A DNA stretch of 64,000 nt from an uncultured Nitrospinota bacterium (GCA_963707985.1 CAVPRW010000045.1:32001-96000), one strand, 5' to 3'; shown: positions 1 to 11,655, numbered from the stretch's first letter. The notes: generated from the sequence alone by a model not told the origin. Translations and numbers: made by a program.

Positions 1-4
1 ACAC

Positions 5-952
5 ATGAACGCGGTCATTCCGTCCGAGGAGCAGGTCGTTGAGTGGATCACGTCCCTCAGCAATTGGGGACGCTGGGGGGCAGAGGATCAGGCCGGCTGC
101 TTGAATCTGATTACCCCGGCGAAACGTCAACAGGCAGCGGCGCTGATTCACGACGGCACGACGGTGAGCTGTGCCCGTCCCATCACCACCGAGATCACTC
201 CCGACATCACCTTCCAGGTGCAGCGCTATATGGTCGATAGCGGCGAAGGACGTGACACCGATCCCCCGGAGCGGCGGCGTGTGCGCCGGGGCGCTGCCGA
301 GTTTATCGGCATGGTGTTTCACGGGCAGACCATCACCCATATCGATGCCCTGTCGCATTATTCCTGGCAGGGGAAGATGTATAACGGCAAGCCCTCCAGT
401 CTGGTGACCTCGCGGGAGGGCGCCCAGTCGCACGCCATCGACGTCGCCGCCGACGGCATTGTCAGCCGTGGGGTCTTACTCGACATTCCGGCGGTGCGGG
501 GTGTCCCCTGGTTGCCAGCCGACGAGCCAGTGATGCCCGACGATCTGGAGGCCGCCGAGCAGCAGTTCGGGGTGCGTGTCGAGGCCGGCGATATTTTGCT
601 GGTGCGCACCGGCAATTACCGCAAGATTCTCGACCAGGGACCGGTCCCCAGCACGGTTCCCATGGTGGCCTGTCAAGTGGCCTGTACCCCCTGGTTCAAG
701 GCGCGGGATATTGCCATGCTCGGCACCGATACGTCCAACGATGTGCGCCCGAGTGCCTACCCGAACATCGCCACCCCGCTGCATACCGTGTCGCTGGTCG
801 GGCTGGGCCTGTGGCTGATCGACAATGCCAATCTGGAACAACTCGCCGCGGCATGTCGCCAGCGCCAGCGCTATACGTTTATGCTGTGCCTGGGGCCGTT
901 GCGCTTGCGCCGGGTCACCGGTTCCCCGGTCAATCCCATCGCCCTGTTCTGA
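5..952 (+). CDS. Cyclase family (kynurenine formamidase-like) metal-dependent hydrolase
   Basis: SNWGRWG..DQ.G.LN, HGQTITHIDAL.H, RGVLLD, GDILLVRTG and terminal TGSPVNPIALF motifs; intact ORF. Confidence 0.9.
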   Translation: MNAVIPSEEQVVEWITSLSNWGRWGAEDQAGCLNLITPAKRQQAAALIHDGTTVSCARPITTEITPDITFQVQRYMVDSGEGRDTDPPERRRVRRGAAEFIGMVFHGQTITHIDALSHYSWQGKMYNGKPSSLVTSREGAQSHAIDVAADGIVSRGVLLDIPAVRGVPWLPADEPVMPDDLEAAEQQFGVRVEAGDILLVRTGNYRKILDQGPVPSTVPMVACQVACTPWFKARDIAMLGTDTSNDVRPSAYPNIATPLHTVSLVGLGLWLIDNANLEQLAAACRQRQRYTFMLCLGPLRLRRVTGSPVNPIALF

Positions 953-966
953 CAGGAGAATGGTCT

Positions 967-2001
967 ATGCCTATCATGCGAGGTATCATCCAAACTGTTC
1001 TCGGCAACGGGCAAGAAGGCTTTGGCGGTGACGGCGGTCCGGCGCTCCAAGCGGCCTGCGAAACACCCTATATGTGCGCCTTCGACACCCAGGGCCATAT
1101 GTTCGTGTGTATGGGACAGCACCACCGTATCCGGCGTATGGACGCCGACACCGGCATCATCACGTTAGTCGCTGGCACGGGGGAGAGCGGGTACAGCGGT
1201 GATGGCGGTCCGGCGCTCCAAGCCACCTTCAACATGCCCTATGCGCTGACGGTCGACACCAACGGAGATATCTATGTGGCCGAACGGGGCAATCCCATCG
1301 TGCGCAAGATAGACGGCAAAACAGGCCTCATCAGTACCCTGGCAGGCACGGGGGAGAAGGGCTATAGCGGCGACGGCGGCCCCGCGAACAAGGCCATGAT
1401 GCGAGAACCCAACGACGTCTACTTGGACGGCAAGGGGGGCCTGCTGATTGTCGACGTGCAGGATCAGCGCATTCGCCGCGTGGATTTGCGGACAGGCCTC
1501 ATCAGTACTTTTGCAGGCAACGGGGAGAAGTCCCGCGCTGGAGATGGCAAACGGGCTGTCGACGCCAGCCTGATGGGGCCGCGGGCCGTGTGCATGGATC
1601 GGCTAGGCAACACCTACGTCTGTGAGCGGGAAGGCAACGGGGTGCGGAAGGTAGACGCGCAAGGCATCCTGACCACCATTGCCGGGGCAGAGGCCGTGCG
1701 CGGCTATACGGGCGACGGTGGCCCGGCGCTGGCGGCCACCTGGGGAGCGCCCAAGGCCATGCGCTGTGACCCTCAGAACAACATTATCGTGGTGGACAGC
1801 GAGAACAACGCCGTCCGCCGGATCGACGCCCGCACCGGTATCGTGACCACGATTGCTGGCGGCCACGCCGGTGACGACGGCGACGGCGGCCCAGCCACTG
1901 CTGCTGGGCTAGCCCGACCGCATGGCTGCGGCATCGACGCTGCCGGGAATCTCTACATCGCCGACACCCACAACCACCGCGTGCGGGTGGTGGGGTTATA
2001 G
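967..2001 (+). CDS. NHL-repeat beta-propeller protein
   Basis: Repeated AGTG..GYSGDGGPA..A....P units and LYIADTHNHRVR; ATG at 967 follows a GGAGA RBS. Confidence 0.9.
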   Translation: MPIMRGIIQTVLGNGQEGFGGDGGPALQAACETPYMCAFDTQGHMFVCMGQHHRIRRMDADTGIITLVAGTGESGYSGDGGPALQATFNMPYALTVDTNGDIYVAERGNPIVRKIDGKTGLISTLAGTGEKGYSGDGGPANKAMMREPNDVYLDGKGGLLIVDVQDQRIRRVDLRTGLISTFAGNGEKSRAGDGKRAVDASLMGPRAVCMDRLGNTYVCEREGNGVRKVDAQGILTTIAGAEAVRGYTGDGGPALAATWGAPKAMRCDPQNNIIVVDSENNAVRRIDARTGIVTTIAGGHAGDDGDGGPATAAGLARPHGCGIDAAGNLYIADTHNHRVRVVGL

Positions 2002-2242
2002 GGCTCGTGGGGTTGGTTGATCACGCGGTTCAGGGGCACGTGTGATGCTTGCGCCTCAGGCTGCCGCGCCGCCCTTGGTGTACCAGGGGACCCATTGCAT
2101 ATTAGGGCCGGGCGTGGCTCCAGAGCGATTTCGCCATATTCACGGATACCTTATGAGGCATCCATGTGGGAGGAACCTTGCGAACCGGCCATCGCGTCCG
2201 GGATGGTCGGCCGAGGCCAATAACAAATGAAGCTTGCTGTGA

Positions 2243-2344
2243 GTACTGCAGCTGTTCCCCGGCCACGACCGCCTCATGACGACCGAGATCTACTTGAACC
2301 TCTCCCCGGAAGCCGTCGTGAGGGAATTTAGGGACAAGTGGTAG
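2243..2344 (+). pseudogene. C-terminal remnant of a tyrosine recombinase/integrase
   Basis: Hand translation VLQLFPGHDRLMTTEIYLNLSPEAVVREFRDKW* matches the Xer/Int box II pattern (LGH....T..Y). Confidence 0.7.
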
Positions 2345-2439
2345 GTGCAATCTTCGGCAATTTTTTTTATCTCTTCGTAGTTGTGATATTCTCTCATTGG
2401 AGATTGGTAAGTCGTAGCTTTAGCACGTGGACCTCGTGA

Positions 2440-5400
2440 ATGGATGCCCCTTCCATGCCTATGCGTACATCCTCCGGTACGGCGATTCCCTCGTGGCTTG
2501 AAATGCCGCCGCTTTCACCTATTGCCCCTCCCGTAGAAACGCGACACCAAGAACTTCCATTTGAGCTGCTCGAATGGGAGGATTTTGAAAAGCTCTGTTT
2601 ACGTCTAGCGAGGCTCGAAGCGGAGATAGAGGATTGCCGAGAATATGGAGTTCGCGGCCAGGAGCAGGGTGGCATTGATTTATACGCCCGCCGGCGGTTC
2701 GCTGAGAAGTATACCGTCTATCAGTGCAAGCGGGAGAATGATTTTGGACCTGCAAAAATCAAAGAGGCGGTGACAAAGTTTCTCGATGGAGAGTGGGCGC
2801 CCACATCAGACACATTCGTACTATGCACAACGGAGAGTCTTCGTTCTACGCCGCGAATCGAGGAGGTTGGAGCACCAACGGTCTGTGTTGAGGGACCGGG
2901 GTATCGCGTTAGAGACATGGGACAGCAGCGAGCTTTCCCTGAAATTGAAGAGACTTCCCGATCTCGTTGATGACTTTTTTGGCCGGGAGTGGGTCAGGGT
3001 CTTTTGTGGTCCAGACGCGGTAAACAGCCTTGGCAATCGGCTCGATGCGGCGAGCATGGTCGAGTTTCGTAAAAGGCTCTTCGCGTTTTACGGGAACGTC
3101 TTTAATACGCATGATCCCGGGCTGCCGAGCACCGCTCTCGGTGAACTGTCTGTCCTGGATTTAGAGCAAAGATACGTCATTCCGGACATCTACGACCGAC
3201 GCCCCATCTCGATATCTTTTCAACAGTCCAACTCCACACGAAACTCATGCTGGCGTTGAGGGAGATGATGAGAGGTCCATTCCTGATGCCGCCGCAGCAA
3301 CCCCCAGCTCCCGGCGGCCCATGCAAAGGATATCCCACCACGCAGCGACGTTTCGTCCAAGACAGGGAGTAGAAAGCTGGCTTGCAGCGGCAGGGCGCAG
3401 CATCGTCCTCGGAGGACCTGGGAGCGGAAAAAGCTCGCTCTTGAGGTTTCTCGCGATAGACCTCTTACGAGAGTCGCCGCGCCTGACCACTCTCGCTCCC
3501 CAATGGGGTGGGCTGCTTCCCGTGTGGATCCCCTTCGCCCTGTGGACGAAAATGATTGCTCACCAGCCGCCAGCTGAATGCGCTTTGAGCGATTTGCTCA
3601 GGGCCTGGTTCAAGAGTTTGAACGAGGAACACCTCTGGCCACTTATCCAGCAAGCCCTGGAAGATAAGCGGCTCTTGCTGCTGGTGGATGGTCTGGACGA
3701 ATGGACGAATGAGGATGCGGCGAGAGTTGCTCTGGATAAGGCTTCAAGTCTTCATCGCACAGCGCCATGTGCCGGCGGTCGTCACCAGTCGACCGCATGG
3801 ATTCGATCGCTTGGGGATGCAAGCGGCCGGCTGGCAGATTGGGGAGCTAAGCGATTTTTCACCCACCCAGCAGCGGCAACTGGCCCGTGTGTGGTTTCTT
3901 CGCAAAAACACCGCGACATCCCCAGGATCGTCCGAACTCCCGGACCTCGAACGGCGGGCCGAGACCGAAACAGCGGAGTTCCTGACAGAGTTGTCTCGCT
4001 CACCAGACCTCCAGGAGCTGGCGAAAGTTCCCCTTCTCCTGTGCTTGTTGATCGCTCACCGCTTCCTGAACGCTCGTCTTCCGCAAGGTCGGTTTAGAGC
4101 TTATGATTCGTTGATTGAGCACCTCATCTCTACACATCCGCACAGGAGACGGACGGCAGCACTCCTAGCAGAACCGCCATCCGACCTTTCCGAGGGGGAT
4201 GTCAAGATAATCCTCGCTCGCCTTGCCTATCACATTCACGAGGGTTACCCCGAAGGGTTAATTGACCACCAGGACGCCACAGCTGTTGTTGAGCAGTATC
4301 TGAGAGATGAGGACCGTGGTTTTGGCTTTGTGACAGCATGAGGCCCGTCGGTACGGCCGGGAAGTCCTAGAAGTCGGTCAGAGCTCGATCGGCTTGCTTG
4401 TGCAACGCTCTCCCAACGAGATCGGGTATTTCCACCGGGTGTTCCAAGAATATTTGGCGGCATACCATCTTTCGCGACTTCCTTTGGTTGAGCAGCTATC
4501 TGTTGTGGAGCGCCGTTGCGTGGATCCGCAATGGTATGAGGTTCTCCTCGGACTGTTCTTCCTCACCACCCGTCCTGAAGATATCCGGCAATTCGTTGAG
4601 CGGATCCGGCTGCGGCAGGAGGGAGCTCATATCATCGAGCGCTATACCATCGATACCCTGCTGTGTGAAGTAGCATTTGGCGATTTTAACTGCCCCGTCC
4701 CCTTGGCACGAGAGCAGGCTCAGAGAGCCTTCGACGAGATCGAGCTCGGCACCTGGATGCCACAACGTGAGCGCTTGCTGCACCATGTGCTAGACGGCCT
4801 GCGGTCATCGAAAGTCAAAGAGTTGGTTCGGGCAAAGCTTCAGCGGTGGTTTCCCGAGCGTATCCCGTGGCGACAGTACCTCTTTCAGGCGATGGCAAAA
4901 TGGCCGCAGGATGCGGCGGTTATTGAATGCCTGCAGAAAAACCTCTACGACGAGGACCCTCAGAACCAGCGGGCGGCGGCCAAAGCCTTAGCTGAGCTTT
5001 CTAGCGGCGACCTGTCGGTCGGCACCCACCTCGTCACACTGGCGCGTTCCGCTGTACTTCCTCGTATGAGAGCCGTCGCGCTCGAGGCCCTCTTAGCTGG
5101 CTGGCCTCATCAGGAAGGCCTTGCGGCTTTGCTCGCCGAGGCGCGGCAATCACTGAGCCCCGACCTGCGCTTCGTGGCGATATGGGGCAGGATTCGCCAG
5201 GACCTTCGCACCCCGGAAGACCGTGAGGAGTTGCTCCGCCTTGGAGCCTGGGGGGGGGGACTTAGATTTTACCTGGCGGGATGAGCTGGCGCCCACATTG
5301 TTAGCCGGATGGCCGCACGCACCGGAAATGAAAGCCGTGTGTCTTTCGAGCGTGTATGGATCAAGAGAGCTGGATCTGGAGTTCGCGCTCAGGATCCTTC

Positions 5401-7383
5401 TTGAAGGATATTCCCAGGATGAGGATGTCATAAACTTCTGTGTTGACCAGCTCAAGGGTGAACGCTTCCCATTTGTGGTGCTGCACAATGACGCCTGGCG
5501 TTTGCTGAGGCAACATTTTCACGGTCAGCCGCGGATCGTTGAGGCGATTGACGCCTGGATAGTAAAACAAGGCGAGCACCGCGACGTCGAAATCGCGCAT
5601 GCCGCCCTCGTGGGGTGCACACCGACGGCGAAGCAAAAGCTGCTCTCCTCGTTCCCCTCTTCTTTCGCCCACTGGCCTGCGTGGGCGTTGCTTGAAGGAT
5701 GGGGGATGCAGGACCCTGATGTAGCTGGCACGTTGAGTGAAATTGCTCTTGGGCCTGTCGCCAAGGCATCCCAAATCGCTCATTTCCTCCCACAAATTAT
5801 CCCTGACAACACTGCCTGTCGGCAGAGACTCCTTGAGATTTTGCGAGATCCAACTTGTGAGCGCCAAGATTTCGTTTTGGAGGGTTTGGCGCGTCTGGGA
5901 AATACCCAAGGTGATACCGAGGTCGTCGACAACGTCTTGCAGCACGTGGACCGAGAGAATCGTTTTTATGAAGGGGTGGTAGGGCGTTTGATCATCAGCT
6001 ATTCCGCTGACTCACGTGTGAAAGCCTTAGCCAAGGAGTGAGCTCCGCACGCGCGAGGGGAACCATGGGGCCGTGGCACAGGCCTACGGTGATGATGAGG
6101 AAATCCGGCAACGGATTATTGACATCGCCCGTCCACTACCCACTCACCTGCGGGGCATCATTGCCGTACACCTGACAGAGCGGGGTAGTCCCGAACCATT
6201 TGTCCTCTCCCTGCTTTCGCTCTATGATCACGAACGAGATGCACAAGTGAAAGTGCAATCCTCGATCGGGTATCACAAGGTCCTGAGCGCGTCCGGGAAA
6301 ACTCCGCAATCTGCATTGGATGTCCTCGCACGCGACATTGTCTGTTATGGCCCAGATTATGAGGAACGGCGGCAGGCGGCTTTTTGTGGCTTGGTCGAGC
6401 TGAACCGGTTGGATGTGATGCGCAACGCCTATGAGGGGATTGGAAATGACCGAATGTGTTCCATCTCCATAACCGGAAGATTCGCGCCCAATACTCCTCT
6501 CCTGAAACATATTCTCCAGCACTGGGAGGCCATTAACGTCTCGCTGGGTGACGAGTTCTGGCCGAGGCTTTCGCACTTTACTTCCAGCCGACTAGACGTA
6601 TGGGACGCGTTGTGCGTGTTGGCCGACGATTACCCACTTGCACGGGACGCGGCTCTGCACTTTCTTGATACTCCAACGACCAAGCCTACCCATCCGAATA
6701 TTCTACGTTTTCTCGGTCGGGTGCGCCCAAAGAGTCGGCTGCTGCTCGAGTGCTGCTTGTCTATTTTACATCGTGAGCCGGATCGCGGCCCTCGGCACCG
6801 AGACGAGGCCATTGTGGCTGCCGAACTTTTGGGGGAACATTTTGGCGGCGACCAAGAGGTGTTGTTGCAGCTCATATCGGGATGGACGATGGATTCTCCG
6901 CAGCGGGGGGTGATACTTGCGCTGTGCGAGGGCTGGCCGGAGAGTCCCTTGCTTGACGAGATTATTGAAGCATGGCAAGATCAGCGATTAGAGCTGTCAT
7001 ATGCAGCATTCTTTCAACTGCTGAGCCGGAAGGCTCAGCCTGAAGTCATTTTCTACAGGCTTTGCGACGAGATCTCAAAGCCCATCCCTAATAAGTGGAT
7101 CTTTGGTGATATCACCCGGCCCATCTTCCGCCGCCTTCGGACTGACGATCAGTTCGCGGCTCTGCTGGTTGAACGGCTGCACCAAGACCCTACGCCGTCG
7201 GAAAAGGCTACCTTTCCACGATTTATCAGCGTCGCGCGCGGCCTGTCGACCGATCTCAGGGAATGGTGTATCGAAGAGGCAGATCGCCAGATGAGCGGAA
7301 CTCAGCCTCCAGAGGTTGCAATGGACGGAATCAGTGGCGACTTCAGGCCGGTTATACACTCATTGCTTGATGCTCTGAGTTAG
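2440..7383 (+). pseudogene. Restriction endonuclease-like (PD-D/ExK) + NACHT NTPase + helical-repeat protein (Avs/STAND-like), split into 7 frames
   Basis: N-terminal WEDFEKLC..GQEQGGIDLY..YQCKR; Walker A GGPGSGKS; Walker B LLLVDGLDE; VVTSRP, PLLL and FHRVFQEYLAA NACHT motifs; HEAT-like QRAAAKALAEL; fragments 2440, 2786, 3321, 3688, 4394, 5223 and 6073 are collinear. Confidence 0.85.
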
Positions 7384-7774
7384 CCGAGTGCTGGATAGCT
7401 GTTGGTTGCATTTTCCATCAGATAGAGCACACAAAACCAACGCCAACGATTTACGTCTGCTCGTTAGGCCACTCAAATTCGACATTACAGTCCAAGGACC
7501 ACCCCCTCCCCAGACCCGGAACTGCCTGTAATACTGGGGGAGGTGGTAGAATTCGACAAAAAGACTATCCTATCAGAGGGGATTTTGCTATGCCCCTCAA
7601 TAGCATGTGATCCTCATGCCTGCAGCCCACTGCTTCACGCGTCATGGCCCAACGCGCGGTCGGCCACGGCATGATGGGCTCCATTAGGCTTACGAGCAAA
7701 CAGCGCAGGTAGCATCATGGGAGCAGCGTGCTTGCTGCGAAGCGGACTGCTTCTACACGCAGGGAGAGAGCGCT

Positions 7775-8083
7775 ATGCAATACACGCTGATTCTCACTGA
7801 GAAGACTGAGGGCGGTATCCAGGTGACCATCCCGGCCCTGCCGGCGTGCAGGATCGAAGCCGCGACGCGCGACGAAGCCATTCGGCTGGCGCGCGAGGCC
7901 ATTGCACAGCTGGTGAGCCGCAGTGAGATCGTCCAGATCGATATTCCCCAGCAGCCCCGGGCGACGGCACAGCCTCGTGGGGTGCCCTGGGAGTGGTTCG
8001 GGGAGGCCAAAGCCGACCCCACGTGGGATGCCCTCTTCGATGACCTCGAGCAGCGCCGCGAGGCCACGCGAGATGTGGAATAG
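7775..8083 (+). CDS. HicB-like antitoxin
   Basis: Y..IL...EGG..V.IPALP.C...A.T.DEA...AREAI HicB-type fold signature. Confidence 0.75.
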   Translation: MQYTLILTEKTEGGIQVTIPALPACRIEAATRDEAIRLAREAIAQLVSRSEIVQIDIPQQPRATAQPRGVPWEWFGEAKADPTWDALFDDLEQRREATRDVE

Positions 8084-8088
8084 CACCC

Positions 8089-8529
8089 ATGTATCTCTGG
8101 GACGCGAATATCCTCCGTGCCTTTGGGCAGGGCCATACCACATTGCGCTCGTATCTGCTGCGTGTGCCGTGGTCCGAGATTGCCCTCCCATCGGTCGTTA
8201 TCGCTGAAGTGCTTCGTGGACGGTGCGACTTTGCCTTGAAGGCCACTCCGGCTGAAGCACCCCTTGCGCACCAACGGTTGCTGGACACCCAGCGGATGCT
8301 TTCCCAATTCCAGATCGTCGTGTTCGACACCGCCTGTGCAACCATGATGGAAAACCTCCGGCAGCGGCATCGCCGGCGGAAGCGTTATGCAGACCTGATG
8401 ATTGCGGCCATCGTCGCCGCGGGCCAGCATGTCCTGGTCACCCGCAATCAGTCTGACTTTAGCGATGTGCTTCCCCAGGCACAATTAGCCAACTGGATTG
8501 ATGATCCGCCCGAGCAATCTCTCCCGTGA
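8089..8529 (+). CDS. PIN-domain (VapC-type) toxin
   Basis: YLWDANI, VIAEVLRG, ADLMIAA and LVTRNQSDF PIN acidic motifs; starts 5 bp after the antitoxin. Confidence 0.9.
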   Translation: MYLWDANILRAFGQGHTTLRSYLLRVPWSEIALPSVVIAEVLRGRCDFALKATPAEAPLAHQRLLDTQRMLSQFQIVVFDTACATMMENLRQRHRRRKRYADLMIAAIVAAGQHVLVTRNQSDFSDVLPQAQLANWIDDPPEQSLP

Positions 8530-8718
8530 TCCCTCGCGAGGTATGCCAGTCGTAATTCTATGCACGAGTGGCTTCAAAAGGAGCCAGGTGTTGGCCATGG
8601 TGAGCCTCATACCTGCGGTCCATCGCGTCACGCATCATGGCCCGATGCCTGCTCGGCATGGCTTGCCATATTGCTCACAGACGATCACGGTGAGGCGGTA
8701 TAACGTAAGGGGGAGACC

Positions 8719-8875
8719 ATGGAGCCGAGTCATCTGGAGCCACGTGATTGCGGCTATTGGGTAGTACCGCTTGTCGCTCGCCTCTCGCGCCGATGCCTTT
8801 CAGGAAGGGCATACTGTAGAAAGCCTGTGCCAGTTCTTTCCCGTGCTGACGCTGAAACAAGTCGACGATTACTGA
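8719..8875 (+). pseudogene. DUF433-like antitoxin remnant
   Basis: MEPSHLEPRDCGYWV, then after a frameshift DAFQEGHTVESLCQFFPVLTLKQV. Confidence 0.55.
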
Positions 8876-9009
8876 GGGGCGCCGGCTATGCCATCATCTA
8901 AACCGACCGCCAAAACGGTCTCCTGTGGAACAGCGGACGAAGCATAGGTCGTAAACGTCTGGCCCAGCGTGATGCGAGGGAGCATTGTCTTCATCACGGG
9001 ATGACGATA

Positions 9010-9549
9010 TTAACGCCGCAGCAAGGCATCATGGTGGCTGGGGCCAGGCGTGCCGATCAGCAAACGGAGGAGCATATACACATCCATCTCACCATCCACG
9101 CCACAGGTAAAGCGCGTCGGGCTTTCCGCAAAAGGCGGATAACGCCATTCCTCCCGGAATCCGTCGAGGTATCGGGGCTCTTGCCGCCAGTCTCTCGCGG
9201 GATCGAATAGGCCGTATGTCTGCGCCAGGGGCTGTGAGGCGCAAATACTGAGAAACCAGTTTGGCGGCAGCGGGTCAAAATCCGTCTTGAGATAACATTC
9301 CAGGCCGTGGTGCCGAATCCGATACACGGGCATGAGCAAGGTTTCACACGGTGGCGGGGTTCCCATACGATACGTGGCGGGAACGTCTATGGCCTCCAGT
9401 CCATGTTGATCGCGCATGCGCCGCATGAACTCGACACCATCCCACCACCCTTTGCCGTAGGACAGAGACGGGTCGGGGTTATGCGCGCAGACCCAGGTGT
9501 CCAGGCCGTCTAGCGCAGCGGGTTGCTGATGCATGCGAGCCTTCGTCAT
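9010..9549 (-). CDS. Hypothetical protein
   Basis: 179-aa ORF with AGGAG RBS and natural composition; no family recognised. Confidence 0.6.
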   Translation of the reverse strand: MTKARMHQQPAALDGLDTWVCAHNPDPSLSYGKGWWDGVEFMRRMRDQHGLEAIDVPATYRMGTPPPCETLLMPVYRIRHHGLECYLKTDFDPLPPNWFLSICASQPLAQTYGLFDPARDWRQEPRYLDGFREEWRYPPFAESPTRFTCGVDGEMDVYMLLRLLIGTPGPSHHDALLRR

Positions 9550-9957
9550 CTGAAGCTCCTTTACTCGAACTTCACGTGATTCTTCATCTCTTCCGGCACC
9601 ATGACACCCAGATCAACAGCAGTCCATGAAGGGTGCGCCCTATTTGTAGCGCAAGAGGGTGGCCGTATGCAATCCTCGCGTGCAGCTTGCCTTGCCGGTG
9701 GAGCGCAAGATAATCGTCACCTACATCGCGGCGGCGTTGGCGATGCACTAGCGGCATGATGGATTGAGAAGGCTCTATTGATGGTCGGATCGCATGGCGA
9801 TTTTTTTTGAGAGACGCTCCAACGTCGGTGATATACTCGCCCGCGACAGTGGTTGCACGCGTTTCTCGACCAGATGTCCTCACGAGTCATGCCATGCGCC
9901 AACACACGCAACCCATGACGGGCTTGCCGCTCAACTCACGGTAGAGGAGGTTCGACG

Positions 9958-11655
9958 ATGGCGAAAATGACAGGCGGGGAAGCTTTGGCACAGACGCTCA
10001 AGGCCGCAGGAGTAGAGTATATCTTTGGCATCTCTGTGGGCTCTCAGGCCCCGTTGACCCTGGGCGCGATTCGCTTGGGGATGAAAATTGTCACCGTGAG
10101 GGATGAGAAATGCGCCGCGCTGATGGCCACGGCCTATAGTCGAATCAGCGGCAAACCGGGAGTCTGTCTGGCCTCGAGCCCAGGGGCGGCCCATCTGGCC
10201 CTGGGTATGTATGAGGCATTCAACTCTGCCAACGCCATGCTGTCGATCACCGCCGATTCAACCGTGGCAGGGCAGTGGCGGCCCGGAAGCACCTATATGG
10301 ATCAGCAGGCGTTGTTCCAGCCCATCACCAAGTGGACGGTGCGTGCCGAATCGCTGGCGACGCTTCCCGACATCATCCGACGGGCGCTGAGGGTCGCCAC
10401 GACGGGCAGTCCCGGACCGGTGGCGGTGATCGTGTCCACTCCCTTATTTGCGGCTGAGGGGGATTTCCAGCTCCCGACGGCAGCGGAGATTGCCCATGCT
10501 CCGGCGTTCCGTGTGGTTCCAGGGTCTGAATCGATCGAGCAGGCGGCGCAGTTGCTCCGTGAAGCCAAAAAACCGGCGATCATCGCGGGTGGCGGGGTGA
10601 TGCTGTCCCAGGCGGCCCAGGAGTTGATCGAGCTCGCCGAGCTGCTGGCCATCCCCGTGGCTACGACACACGTGGCGCACGGCACGTTCCCCAGCGCGCA
10701 TCCCTTGAGCCTTGGCGTGGTGGGTAACCCCGTGGCCGGGAGCCGAGGGCGAATCGCCAACAAGATCGTCGCAGAGGCCGATGTCCTGCTTGTGGTAGGT
10801 TCCCGGATGGATGGCCGGACGACGCGCGGATATACCCTGATCCCTCCCACCACGAAGCTCATCCAGATCGATATGGACCCCGGTGAGATCGGCAATCATT
10901 ATCCGGTGGAGGTGGGGATCGTCGCCGATGCGAAACTTGCTCTGGAGGCGCTAAAAGCCACGCTCGCGCACCAGGTCACCAGGCCACCATCCATCGCCGA
11001 TACCCCGAGGGCCAAGGAAATTGCCGCCATGGTGGAAGAATGGCGTAATGAGTTCGCCCCCCAGATCCACTCCAATGGGGTCCCCATCAAGACCCCTCGT
11101 CTGTTCGGGGAAATCCAACATTTCATTGATGACGAGACCATCGTGGTGGTGGACGCGGGGGGTTCCTCATACTGGGCTCCGGCCTACCTGGAGCTGTCCC
11201 CCGAGAATCAGGCGCTGTACCCACGGGGCGCTGCGGCGATCGGCTCGGCGCTGCCGATGGCGCTAGGAGCTCAGCTGGCCGCGCCGGACAAACGGGTGAT
11301 CTGCATCTCCGGCGACGGTGGGTTTGGCTATAACATTATGGAGCTCGAGACCGCGGTACGACTCAACCTCCCGGTGGTGAACATCGTCGTCAACAACCAT
11401 TCTCTGGGCATGGAACGGCGTGGCTATATCGACTATGCCGGTGAGGTGCCTCCAGGACCGGTGTCCTTCAGCCCTCAGGACTTCAGCAAGATCGCCCAGG
11501 CCTTCAATTGCTTCGGGGCACGGGCAGAACGGCCCGGCGACATTCGTGAGGCCATTGCGGCGGCCTTGGCATCCGGGCGACCGGCCATTGTGGACGTGTT
11601 GACCGACCCCGAGGACAGTGACTCCGAGAGGACTCGGCCCTGGCGGGCGTATTGA
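9958..11655 (+). CDS. Thiamine pyrophosphate-binding protein (acetolactate synthase large-subunit-like)
   Basis: VRDE..A..MA..Y.R.SG, GDGGF..N..EL.TA...N TPP motif; GAGGAGG RBS. Confidence 0.9.
   Translation: MAKMTGGEALAQTLKAAGVEYIFGISVGSQAPLTLGAIRLGMKIVTVRDEKCAALMATAYSRISGKPGVCLASSPGAAHLALGMYEAFNSANAMLSITADSTVAGQWRPGSTYMDQQALFQPITKWTVRAESLATLPDIIRRALRVATTGSPGPVAVIVSTPLFAAEGDFQLPTAAEIAHAPAFRVVPGSESIEQAAQLLREAKKPAIIAGGGVMLSQAAQELIELAELLAIPVATTHVAHGTFPSAHPLSLGVVGNPVAGSRGRIANKIVAEADVLLVVGSRMDGRTTRGYTLIPPTTKLIQIDMDPGEIGNHYPVEVGIVADAKLALEALKATLAHQVTRPPSIADTPRAKEIAAMVEEWRNEFAPQIHSNGVPIKTPRLFGEIQHFIDDETIVVVDAGGSSYWAPAYLELSPENQALYPRGAAAIGSALPMALGAQLAAPDKRVICISGDGGFGYNIMELETAVRLNLPVVNIVVNNHSLGMERRGYIDYAGEVPPGPVSFSPQDFSKIAQAFNCFGARAERPGDIREAIAAALASGRPAIVDVLTDPEDSDSERTRPWRAY

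Noticed and set aside
967..2001. Repeated ggcgacggcggcccg motifs as a DNA repeat array
   Set aside because: They are the coding GDGGPA units of the NHL repeats, not CRISPR-like
7440..7470. gccaac...gttaggc as an integron attC site
   Set aside because: Only ~30 bp between the core sites, too short, and there is no cassette array or integron integrase
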